Of a DNA stretch of 64,000 bases, positions 48,668 through 61,068 are shown piece by piece. Below the pieces are notes generated by a model. The model saw only the letters and a program-made list of their open reading frames with translations, ran no database searches and had not been told where the DNA came from. This stretch comes from Rhizodiscina lignyota (lineage: Eukaryota). The number at the start of each line of letters is the position of its first letter. Position 1 is the stretch's first letter. The stretch is from contig ML978121.1 in NCBI GenBank assembly GCA_010015805.1, positions 3,968,001-4,032,000 on the forward strand, read 5' to 3'. The translations under genes and the position numbers were made by a program.

Positions 48668-51600
48668 TTCTGGTTCTGACTCTGGCTCGTGTTCTGGCTG
48701 GATTGAGCGTTCCGCAGCGCAGCCTGTTGCTGCTGCATGCGATTCTGGTGAACAGGCGGCCATCCCTGTTGTACCTGTCTTGGCTGTTGAATCTGCATCT
48801 GTGGCTGGAATTGCGCGCCCTGCTGCTGGACTTGTGCGTACTGCGTGACGCCTGGTCGGCCACCCATTTGTTGGAGGCCTGGTTTTTGGGGTAGATTCGT
48901 CGGTGGATAGACAGAAGCGTGGAGCTGTGGTTGGAAACGCTGTTGTGAGTTTGAACGCTGCATCTGTGGGGCTTGCATTGCGGATTGTTGCGAGTTCTGG
49001 CGTTGCATCGCTGGTGCTTGGGCCGGTTGAGATGCAGGTCGTGCTGGCTGTTGCATAGCAGGTGACGAAGGTGCTGGTGAGGAGCCCGCTACGTTGCTGG
49101 CCTTTGGGGTACTCGTTGCATTGGCGTTGGTAGATGCGGACATCGATGTGACGAGGCAAAGCCACGCCTCAGGAGTGCTGGATGAGCCAAACAGGAATGA
49201 AACGCGAGCGTCACAGTTCGACTTTGGGACCTCGACTTTGGCGAGATGCGCGCGGACATCGGCGGACAGGTCTGGCGGAAAGATTAGCAAGTTATCTGTC
49301 AGAAAAAGAGATGGGAGATATATACCATCGGACAGCAACGCGAGTAAATCAAACACCGCCTCGATCGTACGCGCCGACTGCTGCAGCACTGGGTTGACAA
49401 GCAATGAGCACAACGCCGACACGTAGCCTAACTGATCCGAAGAGCCTGCCACAGCGAGATCCCGCTGGTGCGCAATGCATAGATACACCATTGCAACAAT
49501 CCATTCGCATACCAAGCGAACTCTTCCCGATCCGCCAGAAACAGACATTTGCGACTGCTGCTCCAACAGCTCTGCGAGCGCTTTGAACCGTTCCGTTAGA
49601 CTTGAGACGTACTGTGGGTTGGCTGGTGAGTTGTTGTATTTGGATGTGGCATCCACGACGCTCAAGTACCGCTGCAGGAAAACAATACACTTTGCGCGGC
49701 CATCCTTGTCGAGATCGAAATTACCATCCGCGAGCTTCTCCGAGAATTGTGACGTCGCATACATGATGCGCTCTTCGGCGAACTGGCGAACCTTGGTGCA
49801 TACACTATCGCCAAAGCCAGCGAGCAAGTCTGCCCAGGAAGTTGATTCGCGTTCGAGGGCTGACTTGATTGCGTCCAGAAGGGCCCCATCAAGGCCAGCG
49901 TCGGCGTCGTTTGCTCCTGACGAAGTGCTGAGCAGATGCCGGATCTGGAGCTGACAAAACGGGAGGGAGAAGTCATCCGCGGCATCAATGACTCCTTTGA
50001 CAACTTCCTGCTTGTCCATTCCTTTAGCATCTGAGGAGTCGTGTGGGCTAAACAGGGCGTTGAGTAACGCTTCGAGCGCTCTGCTGTCCGCTGTAGAGTT
50101 GATCTGCAGCATCTGCGCCACGCTATCAACATCCTTGACAGACAAGACGCGAAGTGGATCCAGCACGCCCTCACTATGCGTCAGTTCTTCCGCCAGGCTC
50201 ACAGAATTTGGATCGTTCGATTTCGCGCCGACATCCAATAACGGCTTGAGCATCCTGACCATCGTTGCCTCCTGCTTCTGCACCTCGATATTAAAGCGAT
50301 ACATGTCCTGCGGCTGCACCAACGGATGCTCCTTCAGCGCACCAAATACAAGTGCGCACAAGAGATTCAGTGCCCCGCCAGAAGCACGACGAGGATCCAG
50401 TCTGCCAAGCGTGTCGATGATCTTCTTCGTGTTGTCGACAGTCTTGCTCAGATCCGCGACACCGGCTCCAATGATTGTGGGAAGTGCAAAGGACAGCAGC
50501 GATACCGAGCCAGGGACCTGCTCGAGCAGTAGGCCAGTAACCCACTCGCTCAGATGACGCTCAAACACACGTTCGTCAAATGCCCGCAGCTTCTGTAGCC
50601 AGACTTCGTATGGGCATATCGTCTTTCCATCACTTGGACAAGACCCCTTCAACTCGTCAAGCTGCTCCGCCATCCGCCCCACAATGCGGGCAAACACGCG
50701 TCCGGCCTGTCCTTCGTCCATACTCGTGCCACTACCTAAGATTCGTTCAATCTCTTCGTCGACATTGAGTTCTCCTCGTCCCATCGTGACGTCGCCCATG
50801 CCGTCGGACGCAGGACTGCACATTGCAACCGCGGCTCTCTGCTCGCATCTGTTCAGGTCTAACTTAAGTTGCTGAACAAGACGAGCGTCCGCGCCGACCC
50901 TGCTGGCAAGGTCGAACATTGCAAGCACGAAGCAACGCTCCAACGGCTGCATTGCGCGGAGCTGGGAGTACTTCTCGGTTAGTTTGCTCACCAAAGGAGA
51001 TAGCGCTCCGATAGCAGCGAAGCTCTTCGAGCGGAGATTGAGAGTATCGGCGCAGGCAGCGAGCACGGTGACGTCAAACGAAGACACCGACATCCCGATG
51101 ACATCGGCGAGGATAGCCATATCGTTGAGTGATTCGAGAAGCCGCCGGACAATGTAGAACTGATATGGGGTGATGGTTGAGACACGTGACTCTGTTGGCT
51201 TTTCTTCAGTGCTCTTTGGATCGTTAACGACGGTCTGGAATAGCGTGGACACGTTGTAGCGAAGCCAGCGAGAGAGCTCGTATTGTGTGGTGAGGCTCTG
51301 CTTGTCGAGCTGCAGCGCTTTGATGCCTGAGAGGTCGAAGGTTTCGCTCTTAGTGAGTTGCTCGATGCGCGATTGTAGCTCTTCGATGGCAGTGATCTCA
51401 GCATCTGCATCTAGACCGACGTTTTTCAGGAGCGTTGCCCGAAGGTTAGCTAGATGGTCCGGCAACCCGTGCAACGGTAGTTCCGCGAGAAGACGTTTAT
51501 GTGCTTCAACCGTAGATGTAGAGCTCGAGCTCCCCGTCATCGTACCGGACGCAATAAGCCACTGTAGATATCTGCCAACAGAAATGTGCTTTGAGCGGCA

Positions 51601-53685
51601 AAGCTCAGCAATGACCTTGAACAATGCCTCTTCCTTGATACCTGAGTCTGGACCAAGACTAGTGAGAAGATCCAGAATAGCACTGTCAGTGTCTATGCCG
51701 GCCATCTTCCATTTTCTCAGTAATCGGACAGCGAGGTGTATGCGATAGTTGCCAGAACGATAACGCGAACAAGCCCAACCGAGCACCAAATCAACAGTGT
51801 CACGATTCGACAGCCCACAGGCCATACAGGAGGATGCAACAGCATCAACGTCGAACGTGATTATCGCCTCCGGGAGTGCCGTATCGAGAACCTTGAGCAG
51901 CGACTTTCTGGGGCTAGTCTTCAAACTGCCACTTGCGCTACCAGTCCGAAGTAGAAATTCATTCCGCCTCGAGAGGTTGCTGATTGCGGTTTGCAAAGCT
52001 GGATCCGTGTTCCACTGTGGGAATTTCTCGATGATGTCTTTGTATCTCTCCCAGCTCTTTGGAAGAATCAAACACGCCTCGTGTTTGACTATCATCTCGG
52101 CTAAAATCTGCTTCAACCTCTGCAGGATTTTCTCATCTGCCTCTTCAGATTCGGGCACATCCAGTCTGCTGAAGTGCTGGAGAAGAGCCTCGGCAAGCCG
52201 TTTCCCACGTCTTCTCGTGGCATTCAAGTCCTTCCAGTAAATCGTCGACATCATGAGCCATACTGGAAGTCTGTCCGTGGTGCTGGATTCCAACGACGCA
52301 AGTAACCATTCCAGATACTGTTCTTGGTCCAACAGACGCTCGTTGTAAAGATGGCACACCAGCCTGATCGCATATTCAATCTTCCATCTCCACCCATCTG
52401 CGCCGCAGTAGGTGATGACGGATTCGAGAAATTGTTGCACCTGCCCAGTCCATTCCTTGACCCATTTTGCTTCTCCACCAATGCCTGGCGCCGCCGCCGT
52501 GCCTGCGCCCTTTCTCTTAAACGCACGCATCTCGTTGGCGCCGACGCACTTTGCTAGCCATACCGCTCTATTGAATGGTATTTTCTTCCCCATGCACTCT
52601 TCTAGGAGACCTTTCCCTCTAATTCCATGCGGTATTCTCCTGCTAAGCCGTCGGAGCGGCACGTTGACATTTGCCAGTTCGAGCAACCAGTTTTCTCTAC
52701 TCTTATCTGTAAGGGCTACGCGAGGAGGAGGCTTGAATGTGCTTGGCGTTGAGAGTTTGCCCATCTGTTGTCTTCTCTCAAGAACGGTGACGAACAGACT
52801 TGACAGTGTTTGCATGCCAGACTTGTTCTTGAGACTGGACCATAGCGACGGTCGTGCCGTGTTAGAGTCATGTATCGATACTAAAGGAGTTGACTGGAAC
52901 CCGCTTTTGATGAGTTTGTCTGTCAGGTGGTCTTCAGGTTGTGTGCCGGTCCAAGGATTAAAGTCCGCGGCTTCTGTACAGGCGTGTTTGTTAGTGCATG
53001 GACGATCCTCATGACAACGCAGTTGTAATGACGGAGCCTTACTACCGTTTGGATACTTTCTCGAATCTGGAGGTGGTTCGAGAGTAACAATTCCTGGGAT
53101 ACCCTTTGCTTTCTTTGTCCGAGCCTGGTGCACACTATGGATCACTTGTTGTAACTGCAGCGTTCTCGGATTATTCGTATTCCCTGGACGAGGAGGAAAG
53201 GGAACCGGAGGAGCCATATTTGCAGGTGCGGAAGCACTCCTCGGAGCCTCATCCCCATCTCCAGCCACCGCATCTATAAAACGCATCCTCGGCCTCCCTC
53301 TCCGGTCCAACGTCAATTTGCCCTTCAAACTCGCGGAAATGGCATCGATAGGATTCGGTGATTCGACAGCCGGTGTCGTCGCGGCTGAAGTTTGCCTTAG
53401 TCCAGCACTCCCAACAACGCCATCGGCAGACCTCGGCCTCGTGCTGTCCCCATCTCCAGCCGTCAGGTCGATCACCAATTCGGGTCTCTTGCTAGTCGTA
53501 GCATTTCCACTGCCATTACTGCCCCCTCCGGCTTTCGCAGCACCCGCTAACTGAACATGCTGCGCAGAGAAGGATCGCACGGGGGCGCGAGATGGCACTC
53601 CTCCTGCTGCAGCGAAACGCTGCGCCGGAACAGTACTGGGAGGTGCTCCAGGAGGGCGCGTCTGCGCGGACGGACGAGACGTCAT
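48358..53685 (-). CDS. SRB8: Mediator kinase-module subunit Med12/Srb8; probable in-frame introns 52974-53042 and 49272-49325
   Basis: TFKPPPRVALTDKSRENWLLELAN...LRRLSRRIPHGIRG...RAVWLAKCVGANE; Q-rich tail; RRWEILPD...NDTAISLALFGAR. Confidence 0.93.
48623..48690. repeat. (TGGCTC)n hexamer microsatellite encoding poly-(QS) in Med12
   Basis: About 10 tandem TGGCTC/TGGTTC-type units, read directly. Confidence 0.9.
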
Positions 53686-56260
53686 GTCATGTGGCGGCGG
53701 ACAGGACGCTGTTCTTATTCGGCATCATGAGTTGAGCGAGGGAGACTCGAATGGCGTTTGCTGGTGCTACGATGGCGATGTCGGAAGAGAGCGACGACGT
53801 GCGTTTACGGGCGAGGCCAGACCCCGAGCGTGGATGGTGGGAGATGGGACGAAAGAGGTACGTTGTCGTCCGGGAGTGGATGGCGTCTGGCGGGGGAATT
53901 GGGAAGGTGAAGTCGTAGACTTGTGTGAGGAGGGCGTTATGATACACAACAGCGACGTTCTCGCAATGCAGCGTGATTGTGGTGAGCTGACTGAGTGAGG
54001 TGCTGGGTGTAGGGGTGGGTGACGAACTGGCGGGTTCGCTTTCCCTCCCTTGGGTGATGGATCGCTCGGGTCAAGGGCCTCCACTCAACTAATAGCCTCT
54101 CAAGTTATGTACGCCGCCCAAGGCTAACAGGCCAGCTAACAGGCCAAGCGAAAAGGCAAAAAACGTGGGACTAACTAACGGGGACGGCCCTTCCCACACC
54201 TCGCTCTCCCGGACTATCGTCCCCGGCGTTGTCAGCAAGGACCGGTGGACGACGTTGCCACGCTCAATTTCTTGCAAATATCTCGGAACTCCCGTCACTA
54301 CTCCTGCGGGATCAATCATTCTCGCTCTCGTACGAAATCACCACCGACACGCCGATGCATTTAATCCGTCGTCGGACAAAGGCACTCTTGCCTATAAGTC
54401 CGAGATACGCACGACGGCGGAACCACTGCTACTCCAGAGAATATCCGGCTGCAAGCGAACGGTCAAGGTGGTCACTGTGCTGTAACTAGTAGGGTGACAA
54501 ATGCTCTTGGTAGTATTACACGCCGCAGGTACGTACTGGCTGAGGTGGACTGGAGCGGCGTTAGGTAGTCTATGGCAGCCTCGGCCGCCGGGATCCGCGT
54601 ATCAAGCTCGCATTTCCACAGCTTCCGCCTTATCACGATCTTGGTAAGAAGTGCGCAGATGAAATCGGAGGCTGATGAGTTACTATGTACAAGATTGTCC
54701 TCCAAAAGTCCGCTGGAGAAAATGAATTTGGTATCACAGACTTCATGTTCGCTGGCCGTTGCCCGTTCGGGAAACTTGCCGCGCTAAACGCACCCCCTCG
54801 TATCACCTGCCACTGAAGCACATGGCCATTTTCCCTTTCAACCTGACGCTCCGTAATCTGATGGCACAGCTGATGCCCTATGACGGGGGAGGTACAGGCA
54901 CTGGCGAGGGAGCTCCAGTGCCTGAGCCAGCGCGGAGATTTGGCGGCGGAGGCATGAAGAGCGGCATGTAAGACTGCGCTCCAGATTAGCCGGGGAGTTC
55001 GAATCCCATAGGGCGAATTTTGGTAGTCACACTTACCACCATGAGAGACATGACTGGTTGGGCATGAGCGTCAGTGAAAGGCAACAACATCGTGAATTAG
55101 GGTGGAGTGACTCACAGGCCATACCAACGGAGAAGTAACCGGGCGTGCTTGTGTTTTTCTTTTGTTCAGGTGTTTCTGCCAACCATGATTGGACGGAGAA
55201 CATGACCGCAGTCCTGGTGATAGTGTCAGGCAAAGAACACATCTTACTCCGAAAGGATTGCTCACCATCCAAGTAGCCTGAGTGTGCGGCCACAATTAGT
55301 GAAAATCGTCTTACAACAGTGTGATGGATGAGTCCTCACTTGTTTCTGGTGAATATCTAGGAGACCATTGTCAGCACGTGTCCCTTGATTGTGAAATGAT
55401 ATACTCACCGCCATCATCGGTAATGTTGTCGCCATAGTACCTAGTAGGTCATTGTTACTACCCTCCCACTCGATCACCAGAGGTCCAAATTGGGCAAGAA
55501 TCCGACGCCCTTTACCCAACAAGCAGTAACTGGAATCGAAAAGCAGGATCATATAGACAATAAGACACATGAAAAGGAGATGTTGAGCAGTGAAACATGG
55601 AAAAGTCGATCGGTGGTACGCACTTGACATGTCGGCATCGTTCTCCTTCTTCTCGGGCTCCACGAATGGCACGACTAGTCGCCAATTAGTTCAAGTTGGT
55701 ATAGTGCTGGAGGACATACTCAGATTTGGGTTCCGCATATCCTTCTTCGACGCCATGATGCACAGGTCGAGATTGGTGGTCTGGACTGGGCTGGAAGGCA
55801 GGGAGGTGAAAGGGCAAGCACCGCGCCTAAGCGCCTGTGACTCTGCGGGCGCCTCTGAGCCGGAGCAATTGATCAGCAGGCGCGTGGAACACTGGCCGAA
55901 TGGGCTGTGAGCAGTGAATCACAGGCGTTTGCGTGGACGGTGAAGTGTTTCATGGAGGCGACACGAGTCCGCGGCATCACTCGCAGATTAGCTTCGCGCC
56001 AGCCAATCAGCGGGCGGGCCGGAGAAAAATAAGGCCTACCCCGGCGCTTGCCACCGCCTGCCTTCACCAGCTAAGACGCTTGGCACTTGGGCTGCTGCTG
56101 CGCCCTCTCCCTTTCCTCTCCTCCTGCAATCCACCTACAACCACCAGCATCTCCACTCTCCACTCCACAGCACACTCACCAAAGCGACCTACGAGCGCAC
56201 CTCCGACCCCTCCAACCGACAAAGACCACTTTTAGACGTTCTCAGGCACAGCACGAGTTT

Positions 56261-57036
56261 ATGTCCACAGAAATCCAAAACCTCAAGACCTTCGGTGAGT
56301 TCTGCCACCCCAGCGCCCCGCTCGGAACCCCTCCATCAGCAGCGTATCGCAGCCTCACCACCTCGACGTCTATGTCGCATGCCTCAAAGCTTTCTATCCA
56401 TCAATTGCTTTGAGCAGCGTGAGTCGAGTGGATGCTTGCTGGATCGTTGCGAGCGCAATCCACTTATCGCTGCGAGCACGTCACTAACAGCCTTGTTCAC
56501 AGACCCCTTTGCGGAGGCCGACGAAGATACAGGCGAAACCAAAAAGCAGGAGCAATCCTACATCCATATTCGTATTCAGCGTACGTACTTTCTCTCTCCC
56601 TCGTCCTCGGAGCCGTCAAACAACCTTCTCTCATATCGCGTTTGCTGGAATGCAAATGTGGCTTTGTCACATGGCGTCGGCGACTCCCGACAACCACACT
56701 AAGACAACCACCGAATCAAATTCCGCATGCCCATCATCACCACTGTACTTCATCTCCGCGCTAGAGAACCAATATACTGACTTCTTCTGAATAGAGCGCA
56801 ATGGTCGTAAGACCCTGACCACCGTCCAGGGAATCCCCACCAAATTCGACCAGAAGAAGATCCTCAAGGTCATCAAGAAGAAGTTTGCCTGCAATGGCAC
56901 CATCGTCAACGATGAGAAGATGGGCGAGGTGATCCAGCTCCAGGGCGACCAGCGCAAGGATGTGGAGAAATTCCTGATCGACAAGGACGAGGGCCTCGAC
57001 ATTGACGCCAAGACCATCAAGGTCCATGGCTTCTAA
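56261..57036 (+). CDS. SUI1: Translation initiation factor eIF1; introns 56295-56502 and 56581-56794
   Basis: MSTEIQNLKTF|DPFAEAD...YIHIRIQ|QRNGRKTLTTVQG...KKKFACNGT...IQLQGDQR...IKVHGF. Confidence 0.97.
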
Positions 57037-57674
57037 TGTCGCTGCTCTGTGTCCGCGCCCCGCCCGCCAGTCCGCCTAGTCAGCTATTATTTCAAGATAC
57101 ATCGCAGCAGCTCTGTCGCCGAACACGACAATTGCTATGCCGCATCAGCGCGCGTTCAAGCCAAACCGCATATTCCTGGCTAGATTGAGATGGTCGGGTT
57201 AGGCACTGGGCTTACAATGGGGCGGCATAGGGCTGGAAAGGTCACTTTTGCTTGTCTGCTAGACGATTGCTCTTATTTCGGAGCAGAGGCGGGCTTTTAT
57301 ACTTGCTTCAGTCGATTTTGCGCCATTGATGATGATTTTATTAATGCGCTTTCGGGTTCTTCAATCACACCGTCGTTACTGTCTTTAGGATGAAGTTTAT
57401 GGCTAGCAGTGGGGAATTGCTTTAAGATGGCTTTTGCTGGCTTGGCAATGAATACTATGGAATTTTATGAGGGACCATATCGTCTTTCAATTGCTGTTCT
57501 CGTGGTGACTGTCTCAATCTTGGCCTTCCAGCAGTGCCGTATGCTCCTCAGCCTGGATGACTCTTTAACCGATCTGTGCAGGTATTCCTTCAGTCCACTA
57601 GCTGAATCTACTCGGCCTCGTATCATACATGAAACTATTCACAAGCATATGCAATATATTCTCTTACATCATTA

Positions 57675-58884
57675 TCAACTCGCCGTCCTCGCTGCACCAG
57701 CCCTCCTCATCGCCTTCTCCTCCTCCTTCATCTGCACATATCGTGAATAGCTCGTCTCCTCCGCGAATCCCCACACAAGCCACGGCTCCTCAGCACCGTC
57801 CCATATCCGCCGCTGCAGAACGAGATACTCCACCACATCTTTTGGTTCGCCTTCGTACACCTCGAGCTCTTCTCCTGCCATCTCCGGCTTCGCCTGCGCC
57901 TTTCGATTGGGACTGTATATCGCGCGTGCAAAGTCGTAGGTTGTATTCGTCGCTTTTGAAGATGTAACGGTGGACCGCGAGAGCCGCTGTCTCGTCACCA
58001 TCCGCACGACGACCTGCCGTACACCTGTATCCCCGCCGTGGGTGTCCTTGAAGGGTAGGATGCTTGATCGATGCGATACAATTGTACTCTTACCACCTCC
58101 TCCGCCTAATATCCCGCCTATTCCAAATAGCCCACTAGAAGATGGCTTCTCACTCGTCCACGTCAATCGCTCATGTGGCTTCCGCTTCGCTAGTCGAGAC
58201 TGGAAGTTCGCCAGCAGTCCGTCCGCACAGATACTCCGTAGCGTCGCAGTGTCGCCGGCTGCGAAGGCGGTATACATGTCATGGTGGAGCTCTTCTGCAA
58301 GCCGGGTTAGGCGTCTGCGGCGCAGGAAGTCGAGCCGGGGACGCGGTTTGACGCGCCGGTTTAGGAGGAATTTGTAGTGCATGTTTCTGTTTCATGGCTT
58401 TCTTAGCTGCTGGTTCTGGTTTCCATATTGGTATCGTCTGATCTTCTGCTAGATGGACAGGAGAAGAGAGTAGGGCAATTACGCACGTGTAGAGATTAGT
58501 TAATAATGCTCTAAGCCAGCCTCTCACTAGCGCAAATCTCTCTCGTGGCTCGCGCAGTAGTGAAGGACAGTTGGAGCCTCGTGGCCAAATCATAGTCCCC
58601 GGAATCAGGCCCATGTCATTTGGCATGGTGTCCATGTTTCGACGCGCTTCGGCTTGTTGCGTCGACGGCGCTTTCTGCCGCTTCTCGAGTGATGCGTTGC
58701 GCCTCGGCATCATTGACTTTTTGACATTGCAGCTGGGGGAGGTGCTGAATGGATGGCAGTCGGGGATGAGGGCGTGCTGTGGTGGCTGGCGGAGGCATTG
58801 GTATTGAGGGCGATGTTTAAGAGGACGGCGGGAGACGGTGGAAGAGAGGGGGATAGATATCCGAGGAGGCCGTGAGAAGGCCAT
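57675..58884 (-). CDS. Tim44-like domain mitochondrial protein (Mba1/MRPL45-like); intron 58387-58486
   Basis: Arg/Ser-rich presequence; DMGLIPGT; MYTAFAAGD...ICADGL; VRQVVVR; VVEYLVLQRR...WLVWG. Confidence 0.75.
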
Positions 58885-59082
58885 TTTGTGCCGTTATGGT
58901 TGGAGAACTGAGGTTATTGAAGCTTGATATTGAATTTCTTCAGACGAGAACGACGCGAGTCATGATGCCAGGCGCGGTTCATCCTCGGCACTGGCTATTC
59001 CTATGACAACGGCCCGAACAGGTGCAATCAAAACACGCAAGAGTCAAGTTACACACACCGCCATTGCGATCTGAGACACGTT

Positions 59083-61068
59083 ATGCGTAACATGCATAGC
59101 ATGGACAGGCCACGCACTGCCATCCCTGAGGACATTGTCGTCCCTTCGAGGACGTCTAGCGTCAGGAGATCGCACTATGGATCTGGGCCGGTGGGCCGCG
59201 ACGGCGAACGCGAGCGTAAACAACATCAACATCACCGCCGGACGCAGAGTGCAATTGATCCACACATGTTCACAGCCAACTCCACTTTTCTGTTCTCTGG
59301 AAACGACATTGCTCCGGCGAGGACGTCGAGTCTTATCAGACAGCCTGAAGTAAGACCTCGTCCGCAGGACAGCAGACGGCACCTCTTGCATCGCCGGACG
59401 CAGAGTACTATCGACAAGCTGATCTCTGCTTCGTCGCTGACGTTGCAGGCCAGTCATGTATCTACGGATATGCAGTTCAATTGCAGCAGGAAACGAAAGA
59501 GCCAGGATGAGCTGTTGACGACTCATGGTAGACATGACGCTCCTCTGCAAGCTGGAGAAAGAGCGCCATTGCAGCCTATAACCAATCCTGGCATCAGCCC
59601 CCCCACAAAGCCGGATCCTATTGCCACTAGAAGTCAGACGCGGCAGTCGAAGACGTTGACTACCACCTCACAGAGTCTGCGTTCGAAGGAATCGAAAGCT
59701 TTCAGCACTATCGTATCAGGGCGTCAAACCAGCTTTAGGGGCATTCTAGAGACCGACCCAGACAGCACTGCTGCATTGTGGGGGAAAGTCAGAGCATCCA
59801 AGTATCGTATTCCAACTATGGCGCCGAAGGCCGGTGATTCAGAAAGCACAAGCTCGAGGAGCTTACGCCGACGAGATACTCCAACGACCGGAGAGACTCC
59901 TGCTACGGAAGCAACTCTCTTGGAGAAGGATGCCGGTAACAAATCCAAGGCGCAGCAGACACCAGGACGGAAAAGTGCCGCAACACCAGAGCCTGCGCTT
60001 ACGAAAGTGTTGAGCGAAGTGCCTTCTCCACCTCATAGCAGCGCTGAACTTCGCAGCAACGCGGAAACCGAGTCTCGAACGGTATCTTCAGAATTCCCCA
60101 TCACCATCCGGAGCCCACAGTTTCAAGCGCAAGTCTTCCAACCCCGTAATATCGTCATCAACAGCGAAAAGCGGACGGAAGAGGTACACGAACACTTCCA
60201 GACCGAGAAGCCCTCTGACGGGGCGACTTTTAGCTACACGAGCCTCGAAGGGCTTGAGGCGGCTGGCGTTTTCTTGTCGCTGACCGACGACAATGTTGCT
60301 AGGATTGTAGACGAGTACGACTTTATGAGGTCTACAATGCTTTGCGATGAAGAATATGCTACATTTGCTCGGGAGACGTTTTTCCTTCGTCAGCGGAGGT
60401 TAAAAAGCTACCCGATAGACAGAAAGTGGCGAGCCGAACGAGTCTTTCATTTGGTTTGCTCGCCAGAACCCCTGAGTAGCTGGCAGGCTCCTCCACTGTA
60501 CCCAGCTACAGTTCCCACTGATGGATACAAGTGGGACATCCATCCGGACTGTGCGTATTGGTTATCCTTGACGGGTTTCAACTCGAGATACCGCAGTGAA
60601 CTTCAACAAGCCGTATTTGTCCACAGAGACTGGATTACATGTCCATATCTGACGGTCGAATTCAAGAAACACAACCAGAGTGGGGCCCAGGCTCTGACAC
60701 AGGCACTTACGGCTGCCGCGTTAGCTTTGTTCAACAGATTCGAGCTAAAGAGAAAGGCACTTGAAGCGGAAGCACGGAATTGGAGCGAGGGTGATGCAGA
60801 GATGACCCGCCACTACGTTATCACATTCTTCGAGGCGAGGTACACGATATGGATTCTTCTTGCCGATGTGAAAGATGCGACTTGGACAGGTTGCACTTTG
60901 GGCCGGTTGTACACGTCTGCATGCGTGAGCTCCGCTTCGGTGAGAGCGCTCGAGTCGTGGATTAATGAAATCCACCGGTGGGGACTGCAGAAGCATGCGG
61001 GCGACTGCCATGGTGATATGATGCGCATTTTGGAGGCGAACGGGACAGATGTTTCGATGATGAAGTAG
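59083..61068 (+). CDS. Hypothetical protein: disordered N-terminal half plus a putative PD-(D/E)XK-like C-terminal domain (start uncertain)
   Basis: 661-aa uninterrupted ORF. C-terminal IHPDCAYW...CPYLTVEFKK...WINEIHRWG. Confidence 0.7.
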   Translation: MRNMHSMDRPRTAIPEDIVVPSRTSSVRRSHYGSGPVGRDGERERKQHQHHRRTQSAIDPHMFTANSTFLFSGNDIAPARTSSLIRQPEVRPRPQDSRRHLLHRRTQSTIDKLISASSLTLQASHVSTDMQFNCSRKRKSQDELLTTHGRHDAPLQAGERAPLQPITNPGISPPTKPDPIATRSQTRQSKTLTTTSQSLRSKESKAFSTIVSGRQTSFRGILETDPDSTAALWGKVRASKYRIPTMAPKAGDSESTSSRSLRRRDTPTTGETPATEATLLEKDAGNKSKAQQTPGRKSAATPEPALTKVLSEVPSPPHSSAELRSNAETESRTVSSEFPITIRSPQFQAQVFQPRNIVINSEKRTEEVHEHFQTEKPSDGATFSYTSLEGLEAAGVFLSLTDDNVARIVDEYDFMRSTMLCDEEYATFARETFFLRQRRLKSYPIDRKWRAERVFHLVCSPEPLSSWQAPPLYPATVPTDGYKWDIHPDCAYWLSLTGFNSRYRSELQQAVFVHRDWITCPYLTVEFKKHNQSGAQALTQALTAAALALFNRFELKRKALEAEARNWSEGDAEMTRHYVITFFEARYTIWILLADVKDATWTGCTLGRLYTSACVSSASVRALESWINEIHRWGLQKHAGDCHGDMMRILEANGTDVSMMK

